Numbered from the stretch's first letter, positions 44,126 through 53,641 are shown. The stretch: DNA of 64,000 nt from an uncultured Gemmatimonadales bacterium (GCA_963825055.1 CAWGSK010000012.1:623056-687055); one strand, 5' to 3'. A program made the numbers and translations. The notes: a model not told the origin generated them from the sequence alone.

Positions 44126-45528
44126 GCCTCCGGCGCGGACTCCGGCGCGGATTCCTTCACGGGCTCCGGCGCCGATTCCGGCGCGGCCTCCGGCGTGGCT
44201 GCCGGGGCGGGCTCCGCGGTGGCGGAGCCCTCGTCGCCCTCCTCCGTCAACTCGGCGAGGAAGCCGAGCAACTGCTCGGCGGATTCGGCCGTCATGCCCG
44301 GGATGCGGAGCAGGTCCTCACGCTCGAGGTCCAGGACGTCGTTGAGGGTCGTAAAGCCGGCGTTGTTGAGCAGCGCGACGAGTTCGGGGCTCATCCCCTC
44401 GAGGTCGGTCAGCGGCACCTGCATCGCCTGCTCATCCTCCTCCGGCAGCGGGGCGAACAGCGGGCCCTCGCCCCCACGCTCCAGCCACTCGCGGCTGGAG
44501 TACAGGTCGATCTTCCATCCCGAAAGCTCCGAGGCGAGACGGACGTTCTGGCCGTTGCGCCCGATGGCCAGCGAGAGCTGGTCCTCGTCCACGATGGCCT
44601 GGATCGTCTTGCTCACCGGATCACTGAAGACCCGGGCAACGCGCGCCGGCGCCAGGGCGAGGCGGGCGAACCGCTCCGGATCGGGCGACCATGGCACGAT
44701 GTCGATCCGCTCGCCGCCGAGCTCGTTGACCACAGCCTGGACGCGCGAACCCTTGAGCCCGACACAGGCGCCCACCGGGTCGATCGCGTCGTCCCGGGAA
44801 ATGACGGCCACCTTCGTCCGGCTGCCGACCTCACGGGCCCACGCACGAATCTCCACGATGCCCTGCTGGATCTCGGGGACCTCGAGCTTGAACAGCGCCT
44901 TCACGAAGAGCGGGTCGCCCCGGGAGAGAATGAGCCGCGGCCCCTTGGGGGTCTCCTCGATCCGCTTCAGGACAGCGCGGATCGTGTCGCCCTGGTGGAA
45001 GTGTTCGCGGTGGTTCTGCTCGCGGTAGGGGATGATGGCCTCGGCCTCGCGGAAACGGTTCAGCATGATCACGAGCTTGCCGCGCTCGATCTGCTGGATC
45101 TCGCCGCTCAGGAGCTCGCCGACCTTGCCCGAGAACTCCTCCCGGATCCGGTTCCGCTCGCCCTCGCGCACCCGCTGGATGATCCGCTGCTTGGCGGCCT
45201 GCACTGCCCCGCGGCCGAACATCTCGAAGGGTACGTCCTCCTCGAGCATGTCGCCGACCTGGAACTCCTCGTCCGTGAAGCGGGCCTCCTCGAGCGAGAC
45301 TTCCTCGCTGGGATCCTCCACCGCCTCCACCACGCGGCGCAGCCGCACGACCCGGATGCCGCCCTTCATCTCGTCGAACGAGATCTCGAAGCGGACGTTG
45401 GGACCGAACTTCTTGACCAGTGCCGCCTGGATGCCATCCTGGAGCAGGTCGAGCAGCTCGGAACGTTCCAGTTGTTTGACGCTGGTCAGCTCACGAATGG
45501 CCGCCAGCACTTCAGCCGAACCCGACAT
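44122..45528 (-). CDS. nusA: Transcription termination/antitermination factor NusA
   Basis: FKLEVPEI, DPVGACVG, ELGGERIDI, LSLAIGRNGQNVRLA. Confidence 0.97.
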   Translation of the reverse strand: MSGSAEVLAAIRELTSVKQLERSELLDLLQDGIQAALVKKFGPNVRFEISFDEMKGGIRVVRLRRVVEAVEDPSEEVSLEEARFTDEEFQVGDMLEEDVPFEMFGRGAVQAAKQRIIQRVREGERNRIREEFSGKVGELLSGEIQQIERGKLVIMLNRFREAEAIIPYREQNHREHFHQGDTIRAVLKRIEETPKGPRLILSRGDPLFVKALFKLEVPEIQQGIVEIRAWAREVGSRTKVAVISRDDAIDPVGACVGLKGSRVQAVVNELGGERIDIVPWSPDPERFARLALAPARVARVFSDPVSKTIQAIVDEDQLSLAIGRNGQNVRLASELSGWKIDLYSSREWLERGGEGPLFAPLPEEDEQAMQVPLTDLEGMSPELVALLNNAGFTTLNDVLDLEREDLLRIPGMTAESAEQLLGFLAELTEEGDEGSATAEPAPAATPEAAPESAPEPVKESAPESAPEA

Positions 45529-46022
45529 CACCTTTTTCTCCCTTTGGGCCGCCCCACGGCCGGCCAGTCCACGACCAGTGTGGCGTCCTTAATCTCCTCG
45601 CGCGGGATCGCGCGTTCCTCATTATCCGGAAACCGCAGTACCACCGTCTCTTCGTCCGGCACGTCCACGATGGTGGCGGTGGGATGCCCCTGGAAGGGCC
45701 CCTTTACCTTCACCTCGCGTCCGACGAACCGCCGCCAGTGCTCCGCAAAGCGCACCGGCCGTTCCAGCCCGGGCGAACTCACCTCGAGCACATAACGCGG
45801 CGCAACCGACTCCCCCGATTCGAGGAACCGCTCCAGCGACCGGCTTACCAGGGTACAGTCCGCGGCGGTTACCCCTTGCCCGGGACTGCTGCCTGGCCGG
45901 TCAATCCTGACCTGTAACAGGGGACGCTGCACCGACCCGCGCTGGCGGAAGTCCACCAGCTCAAATCCCATCGCCTCGACGTGGCGTCGGACCGGATCGA
46001 GCAGTTCGTCGGGAGGATTCAC
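45528..46022 (-). CDS. rimP: Ribosome maturation factor RimP
   Basis: DCTLVSR, YVLEVSSPGLERP. Confidence 0.93.
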   Translation of the reverse strand: MNPPDELLDPVRRHVEAMGFELVDFRQRGSVQRPLLQVRIDRPGSSPGQGVTAADCTLVSRSLERFLESGESVAPRYVLEVSSPGLERPVRFAEHWRRFVGREVKVKGPFQGHPTATIVDVPDEETVVLRFPDNEERAIPREEIKDATLVVDWPAVGRPKGRKR

Positions 46023-46033
46023 CCTTGGGCCAT

Positions 46034-46059
46034 AAAAAAATGTGGGGAACTCCCCACAT
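46034..46059 (-). terminator. Intrinsic-terminator-like hairpin in the rimP leader
   Basis: Minus strand ATGTGGGGA-GT-TCCCCACAT followed by a T run, just upstream of the rimP start. Confidence 0.75.
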
Positions 46060-46132
46060 CACACCAACTGCAAACACAAGTTCCCGGGACAGCGGGATAA
46101 TTGTAACCGTCGGAGGGGAGGCAGTCAATTGT

Positions 46133-46255
46133 CGGGCGGTCAGGCGGTCAGGCGGTCAGGGCGGTCGGGCGGTCGGGCGGTCGGGCGGTCAGGCGGTCAG
46201 GCGGTCAGGCGGTCAGGCGGAGGGGCCGCCGTTCACCGTTTACCGTTCACGCCTT
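46133..46255. repeat. Octamer array (GGCGGTCR)n then heptamer (CGTTYAC)n
   Basis: About 10 octamer copies; the heptamer part abuts the pgeF stop. Confidence 0.9.
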
Positions 46256-47008
46256 CAGGGAAAGATACGCCACCATCCTCCCATCCCTCCCCCCGCTGGC
46301 CCGGTGGCTGTGGAACCAGGAGTCGTGGGCCGAGCAGTATTGTGATGTGGAGATAGTCCGAACGCCCAGCGCCTCGGCCTGGCGAGCGATGACCCCGCGC
46401 AGGTCGGCATGCCATGGACCGGACTCCACTCGCTCGAGCCCGAGTGCATCCATAACCTCAGAACCTACTTCATAGCACTGGTCACATATTCCTACACCAC
46501 AGTGCATTACGATATTTGTCGGATCTGATCCATAGTGAGTGTTCAGGGCCTCGACGCCGGCCTCGAGCATCCCCGCGGCGGTGCCGCGCCACCCGCTGTG
46601 GAGCAGCCCGACGGCCCTGGTCACCGGGTCCAGCAGGTAGACCGGAATGCAGTCTGCCACGGTCACGGAGAGCATGATGCCGGGCTCGTCCGTCACATGG
46701 CCGTCCACCCCATCCACCAGCAGCCAGCCCTCCACCCGGTCCCGCCGGCCGATGTCCGTGCCATGGACCTGGTGGCCCAGGACGACTCCATGGATCCCGG
46801 GCTCCATCCGCCGGAGGGCGGACCAGCGGCGCATCACGTCCCCCACGGGGCGCCCACCCCAGAGCCCGAGGTCATACGACCCCGCCGCGTCGCCCCGGCC
46901 GGTAATCCCGGCGATCACCCCATGTTTCTCGCGCCAGCCAGGAACCTCAAAGAGTGGGAGGTCGCCCTCGACCCGCTCCTCCCTGACGGAGGTCACTTCC
47001 CCGATCAC
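46247..47008 (-). CDS. pgeF: YfiH/PgeF (polyphenol oxidase family) protein
   Basis: QVHG, DGHVT, VADCIPV, HSGWRG, CYEVG, FHSHR...GRM; GTGA overlap with murA. Confidence 0.88.
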   Translation of the reverse strand: MIGEVTSVREERVEGDLPLFEVPGWREKHGVIAGITGRGDAAGSYDLGLWGGRPVGDVMRRWSALRRMEPGIHGVVLGHQVHGTDIGRRDRVEGWLLVDGVDGHVTDEPGIMLSVTVADCIPVYLLDPVTRAVGLLHSGWRGTAAGMLEAGVEALNTHYGSDPTNIVMHCGVGICDQCYEVGSEVMDALGLERVESGPWHADLRGVIARQAEALGVRTISTSQYCSAHDSWFHSHRASGGRDGRMVAYLSLKA

Positions 47009-48285
47009 TCGACCCGCTCGATCTCGGCGCCCAGTTCGCGGAGCCGGACGTCGATCCGCTCGTAGCCCCGCTCGATCTGGCCGACGTTGTGGATGGTGCT
47101 GGTGCCCTCGGCGGCGAGGGCCGCCACCAGCATGGCCATGCCGGCCCGGATGTCGGGCGACTCCACCACCCCGCCCCGGAGCTGGCTCGGCCCGTTGATG
47201 ACGGCGCGGTGCGGGTCGCAGAGCACGATCCGGGCGCCCATCCCGATCAGCTTGTCCACGAAGAACAGGCGCGACTCGAACATCTTCTCGAAGATGAGCA
47301 GCATGCCGTGGCACTGGGTCGCGGTCACGATGGCAATGGACATCGCGTCGGCCGGGAACGCGGGCCAGGGGCCGTCCTCCAGCTTCGGCACGTGGCCGCC
47401 CAGGTCCGGCTTGATCCGCCGCTCCTGTCCGGCGTCCACGATGAGCTGATCACCGTCCATCCTGGCGTGGACGCCGAGGCGCTCGAAGCCGAGCAGCGTA
47501 CTGCGGAGATCCTCCGGGCGGACCGGGCTGATCGTGAGGTGGCTGTTGGTGGCGGCGGCGAGGCCGATGAAGCTCGCCACCTCGATGTGATCGACCCCGA
47601 TGCTGCACTTCGCCCCGTGCAGCGGCAGGCCGCCCTCGATGGTATAGACGTTAGTACCGATCCCCTCGATGGACGCGCCCATGGCGACCAGGCCGCGGGC
47701 GAGGTCCTGTACGTGGGGCTCGGCGGCCGCGTTGGACAGCACCGTCCGGCCCTTCGCCGCGACGGCGGCCATCAGCGCGTTCTCGGTGCCGGTCACGCTG
47801 GGCTCGTCCAGGAAGATGTCGGTCCCGATCAGGCGCTTCCCTTCCAGCTCGTAGCGGTCGCCCACCATCACCTGGGCGCCCAGCCGTTCGAGGGCCAGGA
47901 AGTGGGTGTCCACCCGCCGGCGGCCTATCACGTCGCCGCCCGGGGGCGGCAGGTTGACCGACCCGAAGCGGGCAAGCAGCGGCCCGGCCAGCAGGATCGA
48001 GGCGCGGATCCGGGAGCAGAGGGCCGCGTCCAGCGGTTTCGGGGTCACGTTCCGGCAGTCCAGTGTGATCGCGCTGGGCCCGGTCCATTCCGTCGTGGCC
48101 CCCAGGTCTCCCAGGAGGGCGAGCATGGTCTCGACGTCCCGGATCCGGGGGATGTTCTCGAGTTCCACGGGCCCGTCGGCGAGGATGGTCGCGGCGAGCA
48201 GCGGCAGGGCGGCGTTCTTGTTGCCGGAGGGGCGGACCGACCCGCGGAGCGCGCGGCCGCCGGTCACGCGGAATTGAGGAGGCAT
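47005..48285 (-). CDS. murA: UDP-N-acetylglucosamine 1-carboxyvinyltransferase (Asp at the active-site loop: PGGDVIGRR)
   Basis: GNKNAALP, RASILLAGPLL, SVTGTEN, PDIRAG, IERGYE. Confidence 0.95.
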   Translation of the reverse strand: MPPQFRVTGGRALRGSVRPSGNKNAALPLLAATILADGPVELENIPRIRDVETMLALLGDLGATTEWTGPSAITLDCRNVTPKPLDAALCSRIRASILLAGPLLARFGSVNLPPPGGDVIGRRRVDTHFLALERLGAQVMVGDRYELEGKRLIGTDIFLDEPSVTGTENALMAAVAAKGRTVLSNAAAEPHVQDLARGLVAMGASIEGIGTNVYTIEGGLPLHGAKCSIGVDHIEVASFIGLAAATNSHLTISPVRPEDLRSTLLGFERLGVHARMDGDQLIVDAGQERRIKPDLGGHVPKLEDGPWPAFPADAMSIAIVTATQCHGMLLIFEKMFESRLFFVDKLIGMGARIVLCDPHRAVINGPSQLRGGVVESPDIRAGMAMLVAALAAEGTSTIHNVGQIERGYERIDVRLRELGAEIERVE

Positions 48286-48410
48286 GGCGTAAGGTCACCG
48301 GGAAAGCGGAGGGCCGTCAAGCCGTCGGTGTGGCGGGTCACGGCGAACCGGGTACGGCACGGCGTTATCTTACCGCAGTTGCGGTAAGTTACCACCCGGG
48401 AGGTGAGCCC

Positions 48411-48911
48411 ATGGTCGTCGCGCTGTTCCTGCAGCAGCAAACACCCGTGACACTCGAGAGCGGCTGGGTCGGGCCGGTCATCGCGATCAGCCTGCTCATC
48501 ATCGCCAGCGGCGCGCTCATGGCCGGCATAGCGCTCCTGCTGGTGCTCCGTGAAATCAAGGAACAGACCGTCAAGATCAGCACGACCATCGATACGGCGC
48601 AGGCCGCCATGCAGCGCATCGGCCAGCAGCTCAGGGACGCGAGCAGCGAGGGCCGGCACATCCTCCACCTCGTCCGCCACGAGACCGAGGCCTTTGCGAA
48701 GACCAGCCGCAAGATCCGGCGGAAGGTCATGCGCGGCAGCAAGCGGGTGGAGCAGCGGCTGGAAGACCTGGACGCGCTCTATGAAGTGGTCTATGACGAA
48801 GTGGCGGACACGGCGCTCACCGCTGCCAGCACCGTGCATACCATCCGGACCGGCGGCAAGTGGGTCCGGCGGATCAAGCGCTTCTTTCCCCGTTCGCGCC
48901 GGCGCAAGTGA
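48411..48911 (+). CDS. Hypothetical membrane-anchored coiled-coil protein (DUF948-like)
   Basis: GGAGG RBS, single TM helix then helical region. Confidence 0.65.
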   Translation: MVVALFLQQQTPVTLESGWVGPVIAISLLIIASGALMAGIALLLVLREIKEQTVKISTTIDTAQAAMQRIGQQLRDASSEGRHILHLVRHETEAFAKTSRKIRRKVMRGSKRVEQRLEDLDALYEVVYDEVADTALTAASTVHTIRTGGKWVRRIKRFFPRSRRRK

Positions 48912-49849
48912 CTCTCCCACGCCTGCTGCTGGCCTTCATGGCCGTTGCGGTGGCGGGCCTGGTCCTGCCGGGCGCACTGCACGCCTGGACGCCCGGCACC
49001 CACATCTTCCTCGGCCAGTCCATTCTTCACCTGGCGCCCCACCTGCCGGCGGAGGTGGGCGACCTGATCCGCGCGTTCCCGCACGACTTCCTGTACGGCG
49101 CCATCGCGCCCGACACGTCGTTCGCGAAGAAGTACGCCCCGATCGACCGCCACTGTCACGCCTGGCACGTCGGGTTCGAGGTGGTCGAAACCGCGCGGAG
49201 CGATGCGCTGCGCGCTTTCGGGTTCGGATACCTCTCCCATCTCGCCGCCGACACTGTCGCGCACAACTACTTCGTGCCGCGCCAGCTCATGCTCACCAGC
49301 AGCACCAAGAGCTTCGGGCACAGTTACTGGGAGAGCCGGGCCGAGTTGCCGCTGGGGCACGACTTCGCCCACCAGGCCCAGGAGCTGATCCAGCTGGACC
49401 ACCAGCCCGCGCACGAACTGCTGGACCAGCTCATCAGCCCGACTCTCTTCAGCGTAAAGACCAACCGCCGGATCTTCCGGGGCATGATCCACCTGACCCG
49501 GACCCAGGCGTGGCAGAAGGGCATGCGGGCCGCGAAGGAAATGAGCCGCTGGGGCCTGACGGATGACGACGTCTGGCGTCACCTGGCCCTGGCGCTGGAC
49601 CTGACGATGGAAGCACTGACCGAGCGCGAGGGCGAAGTGGCCACGCTCGATCCCAATGGCCACGAGGCCCTGCACCGGGCCAAGGGCATGCGCCGGGCGG
49701 CGCTCATCGCCGGCGGCTGGCGGGATGGAGACCGGGTGCAGGAAGAAGCCGAGCGACAGTTCGGACTGCCGGAGCGAAGCTCCCTCCACTGGCCCGAGGT
49801 GGCGGAGAGGATTCTGGCGGAGCATACGGGGGAGCAGGCGGTGGGGTGA
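48908..49849 (+). CDS. Zinc-dependent phospholipase C family protein
   Basis: AWTPGTH, GAIAPD, GYLSHLAADTVAHN, HSYWE. Confidence 0.85.
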   Translation: MTLPRLLLAFMAVAVAGLVLPGALHAWTPGTHIFLGQSILHLAPHLPAEVGDLIRAFPHDFLYGAIAPDTSFAKKYAPIDRHCHAWHVGFEVVETARSDALRAFGFGYLSHLAADTVAHNYFVPRQLMLTSSTKSFGHSYWESRAELPLGHDFAHQAQELIQLDHQPAHELLDQLISPTLFSVKTNRRIFRGMIHLTRTQAWQKGMRAAKEMSRWGLTDDDVWRHLALALDLTMEALTEREGEVATLDPNGHEALHRAKGMRRAALIAGGWRDGDRVQEEAERQFGLPERSSLHWPEVAERILAEHTGEQAVG

Positions 49850-49862
49850 GGGGGCCCGGGAC

Positions 49863-50131
49863 GAGCGCCTTTGTAGGCCCGCCCTTTGGTTCGGCGGCTG
49901 GGCTATGGCTCTAACCGCAGAGGGCGCGAAGGACGCAGAGAATCGGGAAGGTGTGGTGGTTGAGTGGTGAGTGGTTGAGTAGTTGAATGGTTGAGTAGTT
50001 GAGTAGTTGAGTCGTTGAGTCGTTGAGTCGTTGAGTCGTTGAGTCGTTGAGTGGTTGAGTGGTTGAGTAGTTGTCATCCCGAGCGTCCAGCGAGGGATCT
50101 TCCAACCGGGGATCGAGCGCCTTTGCAAGCC
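49863..50131. repeat. Mosaic repeat spacer: 54-bp module, (GTTGAGTN)n octamer array, 60-bp inverted-repeat arm
   Basis: 49888-49941 recurs at 52506-52559; 50072-50131 is inverted at 50912-50971. Confidence 0.85.
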
Positions 50132-50164
50132 CGCGCCGTGTTTACCTCTCGAATCCGCCACCCT

Positions 50165-50830
50165 TCACCCCTTCCCCTCCCGCACCCCCCTCACCACCAG
50201 CCATCCGCCCAGCGCGATACCGGCGAGTCCCATCGGCATTCCCAGCAATGCATTGGGGCTTTGCTCCATGAACATCCTGACGGGTATCGCGGTGAAGTGG
50301 AGCACGACGGTCATCAGACCGAAGCCGGCCAGAGCGCGCGGAACCAGGATGAAGCGATGCAGGATGCCGTAGAGAAGGAGCAGCCACGCATCGATGAACA
50401 CCAGTTCGGTCAGATGGGTCCAGCGGCGGGTGCTCCCCAGCGATGCCGCGAGCGCCTGAAACCATTCCCCCTGGCCGCCCGCCTCCGCGTATTGCCGACT
50501 CAGTGACAGCATGGACAGCACGTACACGTTATCCATCGCCTGCATCAGGAACACGCCCGCGCCCGCGGCCAGGAGCCCCAGGGCGAGGGCTTCGCTGTGT
50601 TGCCGGAAGACTCCGAAGGCCAGGATGCTGATACTGACCGTGAGCGCGCCGTTCGCCAGCAGGAGCAGCACCGCCATTCTGATCGGTTCCGCGGCCCCCG
50701 CAGCGTTCACCAGGTAGTCCCGCGGACCTGTAGTAAGCGGCAGCAGCATGACGAAAGGCACGATGAGCCCCGCCAGCTGTACCAAAAGCAGAATGCCCAT
50801 GATCCGGCCGGTGGTTTTCGCTGACCGCAC
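50165..50830 (-). CDS. DUF4386-like multi-TM membrane protein
   Basis: About six hydrophobic segments, LVPRALAGFG, terminal GWLVVRG; GTG start behind GGAGG. Confidence 0.7.
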   Translation of the reverse strand: MRSAKTTGRIMGILLLVQLAGLIVPFVMLLPLTTGPRDYLVNAAGAAEPIRMAVLLLLANGALTVSISILAFGVFRQHSEALALGLLAAGAGVFLMQAMDNVYVLSMLSLSRQYAEAGGQGEWFQALAASLGSTRRWTHLTELVFIDAWLLLLYGILHRFILVPRALAGFGLMTVVLHFTAIPVRMFMEQSPNALLGMPMGLAGIALGGWLVVRGVREGKG

Positions 50831-50911
50831 CGTCACCTCCGTGAAGTGATCCCGGACAGCCGCCACGCTGACCCCGGACCCCGCAGACCCCCTGATTTCC
50901 TGACCGACCCT

Positions 50912-51072
50912 GGCTTGCAAAACCGCTCGATTCCAGGACAGCAGATCGATCGCTGGACCCTCAGGATGACACCACCCCGCGACTCAACGACTCAACGACT
51001 CAACGACTCAACCATCCCTACTCCCTACTCCCTACTCCCTACTCCCTGCTCCCTGCTCCCTGCTCCCTGCCC
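50912..51072. repeat. Inverted-repeat arm plus (GACTCAAC)n, (CCTACTC)n and (CCCTGCT)n arrays
   Basis: Direct reading. Confidence 0.85.
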
Positions 51073-51472
51073 TCCACCTCTCCCCCCTCTTCCTCACGTA
51101 ATTCTCCCACACATACCCCCACGGGATCGCCAGGGGCACCAGGACCACCCCCATGAGACACGCCTTCCACGACTCCGCCATCTCCGGGGTGAACTGGTGT
51201 GCGGACCAGTGCGGGATCCCGATCGCCACGATCCAGATGGTCTTCCACACGAGCTCGAAGAACAGCAGCGGCAGCATCGCGAGCGGATAGCGGATGCCCA
51301 GGGCCGCCAGCAGCGAGACGGCCGTCAGAACGCTCCACACCACGCTCCGCATGTGCTCCACCTCGAACGGGGGACTCACGATCAATGGCCAGATTGTGAG
51401 GGCGAGCCCGACCAGGATCAGCAGGTACATCGCGCGGAGCACGTAGAGCCGGAACAGCGATACCTCGGTCAT
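51032..51472 (-). CDS. Hypothetical membrane protein
   Basis: VSLFRLYVLRAMYLL, LGIRYPLAMLPLLFFELVWK, IPWGYV; tail is repeat-derived. Confidence 0.75.
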   Translation of the reverse strand: MTEVSLFRLYVLRAMYLLILVGLALTIWPLIVSPPFEVEHMRSVVWSVLTAVSLLAALGIRYPLAMLPLLFFELVWKTIWIVAIGIPHWSAHQFTPEMAESWKACLMGVVLVPLAIPWGYVWENYVRKRGERWRAGSREQGAGSRE

Positions 51473-51473
51473 G

Positions 51474-51710
51474 TCAGCACTCCAGCGTGGCGTCGTCGGG
51501 TTCGTGGGCCGAGGCGTAGGCGAGGATGTCGCCGGGCTGGCACTCCAGCACCGCGCAGATCGCCTCGAGCGTGGAGAAGCGGATCGCCCGCGCCTTCCCG
51601 GTCTTGAGGATGGACAGGTTCGGCAGCGTGATGCCGATCCGCTCGGCGAGTTCGGTGAGCGTCATCCGGCGGTCGTGCAGCACGTCGTCCAGCGTTACGA
51701 GGATCGGCAC
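51474..51710 (-). CDS. Cro/C1-type HTH regulator (YozG-like)
   Basis: MTLTELAERIGITLPNLSILKTGKARAIRFSTLEAICAVLECQPGDIL; usual partner of DUF2975. Confidence 0.9.
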   Translation of the reverse strand: MPILVTLDDVLHDRRMTLTELAERIGITLPNLSILKTGKARAIRFSTLEAICAVLECQPGDILAYASAHEPDDATLEC

Positions 51711-52234
51711 TAGACCATCCCCTCGAGATCTTCCCGCATCTCCGTGCCGGTCTCGAACACGCGGGCCAGCACGAAGAGCAGCAGGATGGCGAGCCAGGGT
51801 GTCAGCGAGAAATGCCAGTTGAGGTCGAGCGGGGCGGCCGGGGTGGAGACCACCGACTGAATGATCCCGACCACCAGGTGCAGGATCTCGAGGCCGAGCA
51901 GCGCCCAGGCGATGTGCTGGAGCCGGTCGGCGTTGCCGGCCACGAAGGGGTCCCCGTCGTCCACCGTGTGGACCATCGCCAGGAGCCGGGTCAGGGCCAG
52001 GTTGGTGAGCGGCACCGCCAGGATCCCGACGACCATCACCAGCCGCATGCCGAACGTGAGGGAAGACGTCAGGCCGGCCGGAGGCACCCCCAGGGCGCGG
52101 AACACCCAGTCCGGGGCCACCAGCGAGGCGATGAGGAGCAGCAGGATCAGGCCGCCCACGATGAGATTCAGGGCGATCAGGACCCTGAGCACCCGGCGGG
52201 AGAGGCGCAGGGCATTCGAATGGGATTCTGACAA
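51710..52234 (-). CDS. DUF2975-domain membrane protein
   Basis: GDPFVAGNADRL, VLARVFETGTEMREDLEGMV. Confidence 0.85.
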   Translation of the reverse strand: MSESHSNALRLSRRVLRVLIALNLIVGGLILLLLIASLVAPDWVFRALGVPPAGLTSSLTFGMRLVMVVGILAVPLTNLALTRLLAMVHTVDDGDPFVAGNADRLQHIAWALLGLEILHLVVGIIQSVVSTPAAPLDLNWHFSLTPWLAILLLFVLARVFETGTEMREDLEGMV

Positions 52235-52269
52235 TCAGTCCTCCGCCGGGTTGGCGGCGTGAGAAGTTA

Positions 52270-52302
52270 CCGATTATCAATAACTATATTATTGTTTTTC
52301 GG
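52270..52302. promoter_or_regulatory. Palindromic candidate operator upstream of DUF2975-HTH operon
   Basis: CCGA-N4-CAATAA-N5-TTATTG-N4-TCGG in an AT-rich patch. Confidence 0.6.
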
Positions 52303-52338
52303 CAAGTGGTATGCTGCAGGGGCGGCCCGGTGGGCTGC

Positions 52339-52665
52339 CCGGCGCGTGCGATCAGGTGGCTGGGGTCGAGCGGTCGAGTGGTCGACGGGGCGAGGGGGCG
52401 ACGGGTCGAGTGGTCGAGTAGTCGAGTAGTCCCGTCGTTGTCATTCCGAGCGTCCAGCGAGGAATCTTCTATCCGTCGCTCGAAGGCCTTTGTAAGCCCG
52501 GCTCGGGTTCGGCGGCTGGGCTATGGCCGTAACCGCAGAGGGCGCGAAGGACGCGGAGAGCCACGAAGGGGGGTCCTTGCGTGGTTGCGTGGTGGGTCGT
52601 TGAGTGTTGAGTCCTTGTCAACGACCCAGCCACTCAACGCCACCCGATACCCGATACCCAACCCT
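52339..52665. repeat. Mosaic repeat spacer sharing modules with 49863-50131 and 53833-53864
   Basis: (GTCGAGTR)n, TGTCATTCCGAGCGTCCAGCGAGGAATCT, 54-bp module. Confidence 0.8.
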
Positions 52666-52668
52666 CCC

Positions 52669-53352
52669 TCACGCCTCGGCCTCACTCCCCACCGCCGTCC
52701 GCATGATCACCAGCCCTGCCACCACCGAGAGCGCCAGGACCGCGATGCCGGTGACCAGCGCGTAGCGCGGGGCCACCAGAGCCACCGCCAGAGTCACCGC
52801 GCCTGCCACCATCCAGACTGCCCCGAAGGCCCGATGCACCCGGGCCCACAACACCGGGTCCGTCATTGTGCCCGGCGTGCGGAGGCCGGCCACGGCATTC
52901 GGCCGGAGCCGGGGAAGCAGGTTGCCCACCATCAGAAGGCCGGCGCCGAACGTGATGCCCACGATCCGCCCGCCGTGCAGAGACCAGCCGAGCGCGCTGG
53001 ACAGGAGTGCCACGTGAAGCGCGAGGAAGATGCACACCACCCAGATCACGATCAGGCGGTACTCACCGGCAAACAGGTCGTAACGCACCGGACCCGCGCC
53101 CGGAAAGAGACGTATGCCCAGCCGGCCGAGCGGGCCGACGGGGGCTTCGAACAGTGCGGCCCAGACGAACAGGGCCAGCACCGGCAGCCCGAACGCGGCG
53201 ATCAGGCGCGGCAGCGTATCTGCGGCATCGGCCAGTTGGGGGGGAAGCAGGGCGCTGGACGGGAACAGAACCCCGTCCGGCAGCTGGCGGAACACGGCCG
53301 CGGCAAGAATGAAACACGCGCCGATGAGCACTGCGGGGAGCCATTTACGCAT
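52669..53352 (-). CDS. SdpI family immunity-like membrane protein
   Basis: GNLLPRLRPNAVAGLRTPGTMTDPVLWARVHR; downstream of SdpR-like regulator. Confidence 0.85.
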   Translation of the reverse strand: MRKWLPAVLIGACFILAAAVFRQLPDGVLFPSSALLPPQLADAADTLPRLIAAFGLPVLALFVWAALFEAPVGPLGRLGIRLFPGAGPVRYDLFAGEYRLIVIWVVCIFLALHVALLSSALGWSLHGGRIVGITFGAGLLMVGNLLPRLRPNAVAGLRTPGTMTDPVLWARVHRAFGAVWMVAGAVTLAVALVAPRYALVTGIAVLALSVVAGLVIMRTAVGSEAEA

Positions 53353-53626
53353 CGCTGCCTCCGTTGTCGGCCCACGAGAGTAATTGCTGCGCCAGCCCTT
53401 CCAGCACCGTCGTATTCAGTTCGTAGATGATCCCGGTCCCGTTTCGCTCGGCGACTACCAGCTTCGCCTCCCGCAGCACCGCCAGGTGTCGCGAGACCGT
53501 GGCCCAGGTCAGCGGGAACCGCTCCGCAATCTCCCCGGAGTTCTTCGGCCCCGAGCGGAGCATCTCCAGAATCCCCCTGCGGGTGGGGTCCGCCAGGGCG
53601 CGGAACACTGTATTTGGACTCGCCAT
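53345..53626 (-). CDS. ArsR/SdpR family autorepressor
   Basis: FRALADPTRRGIL, VSRHLAVL, IIYELNTTV. Confidence 0.9.
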   Translation of the reverse strand: MASPNTVFRALADPTRRGILEMLRSGPKNSGEIAERFPLTWATVSRHLAVLREAKLVVAERNGTGIIYELNTTVLEGLAQQLLSWADNGGSDA

Positions 53627-53641
53627 CGAATCAGTCCCGTC

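Noticed and set aside
40737..44345. Long plus-strand ORFs such as this 1202 aa one (also 938-2695, 20409-22193, 35459-37285)
   Set aside because: Antisense shadows of well-supported minus-strand genes, expected in high-GC DNA
46498..46528. dif (XerCD) site
   Set aside because: Only loose similarity; the XerD arm TTATGT is not matched at the right spacing
49958..50070. CRISPR array
   Set aside because: Contiguous 8-nt units with no unique spacers and no cas genes; same for all other arrays in the window
48791..50161. ORFs with periodic peptides (TTQRLNDS, GSGEW, LPTPYS, CRLPTAD)
   Set aside because: Translations of tandem-repeat arrays, not credible proteins
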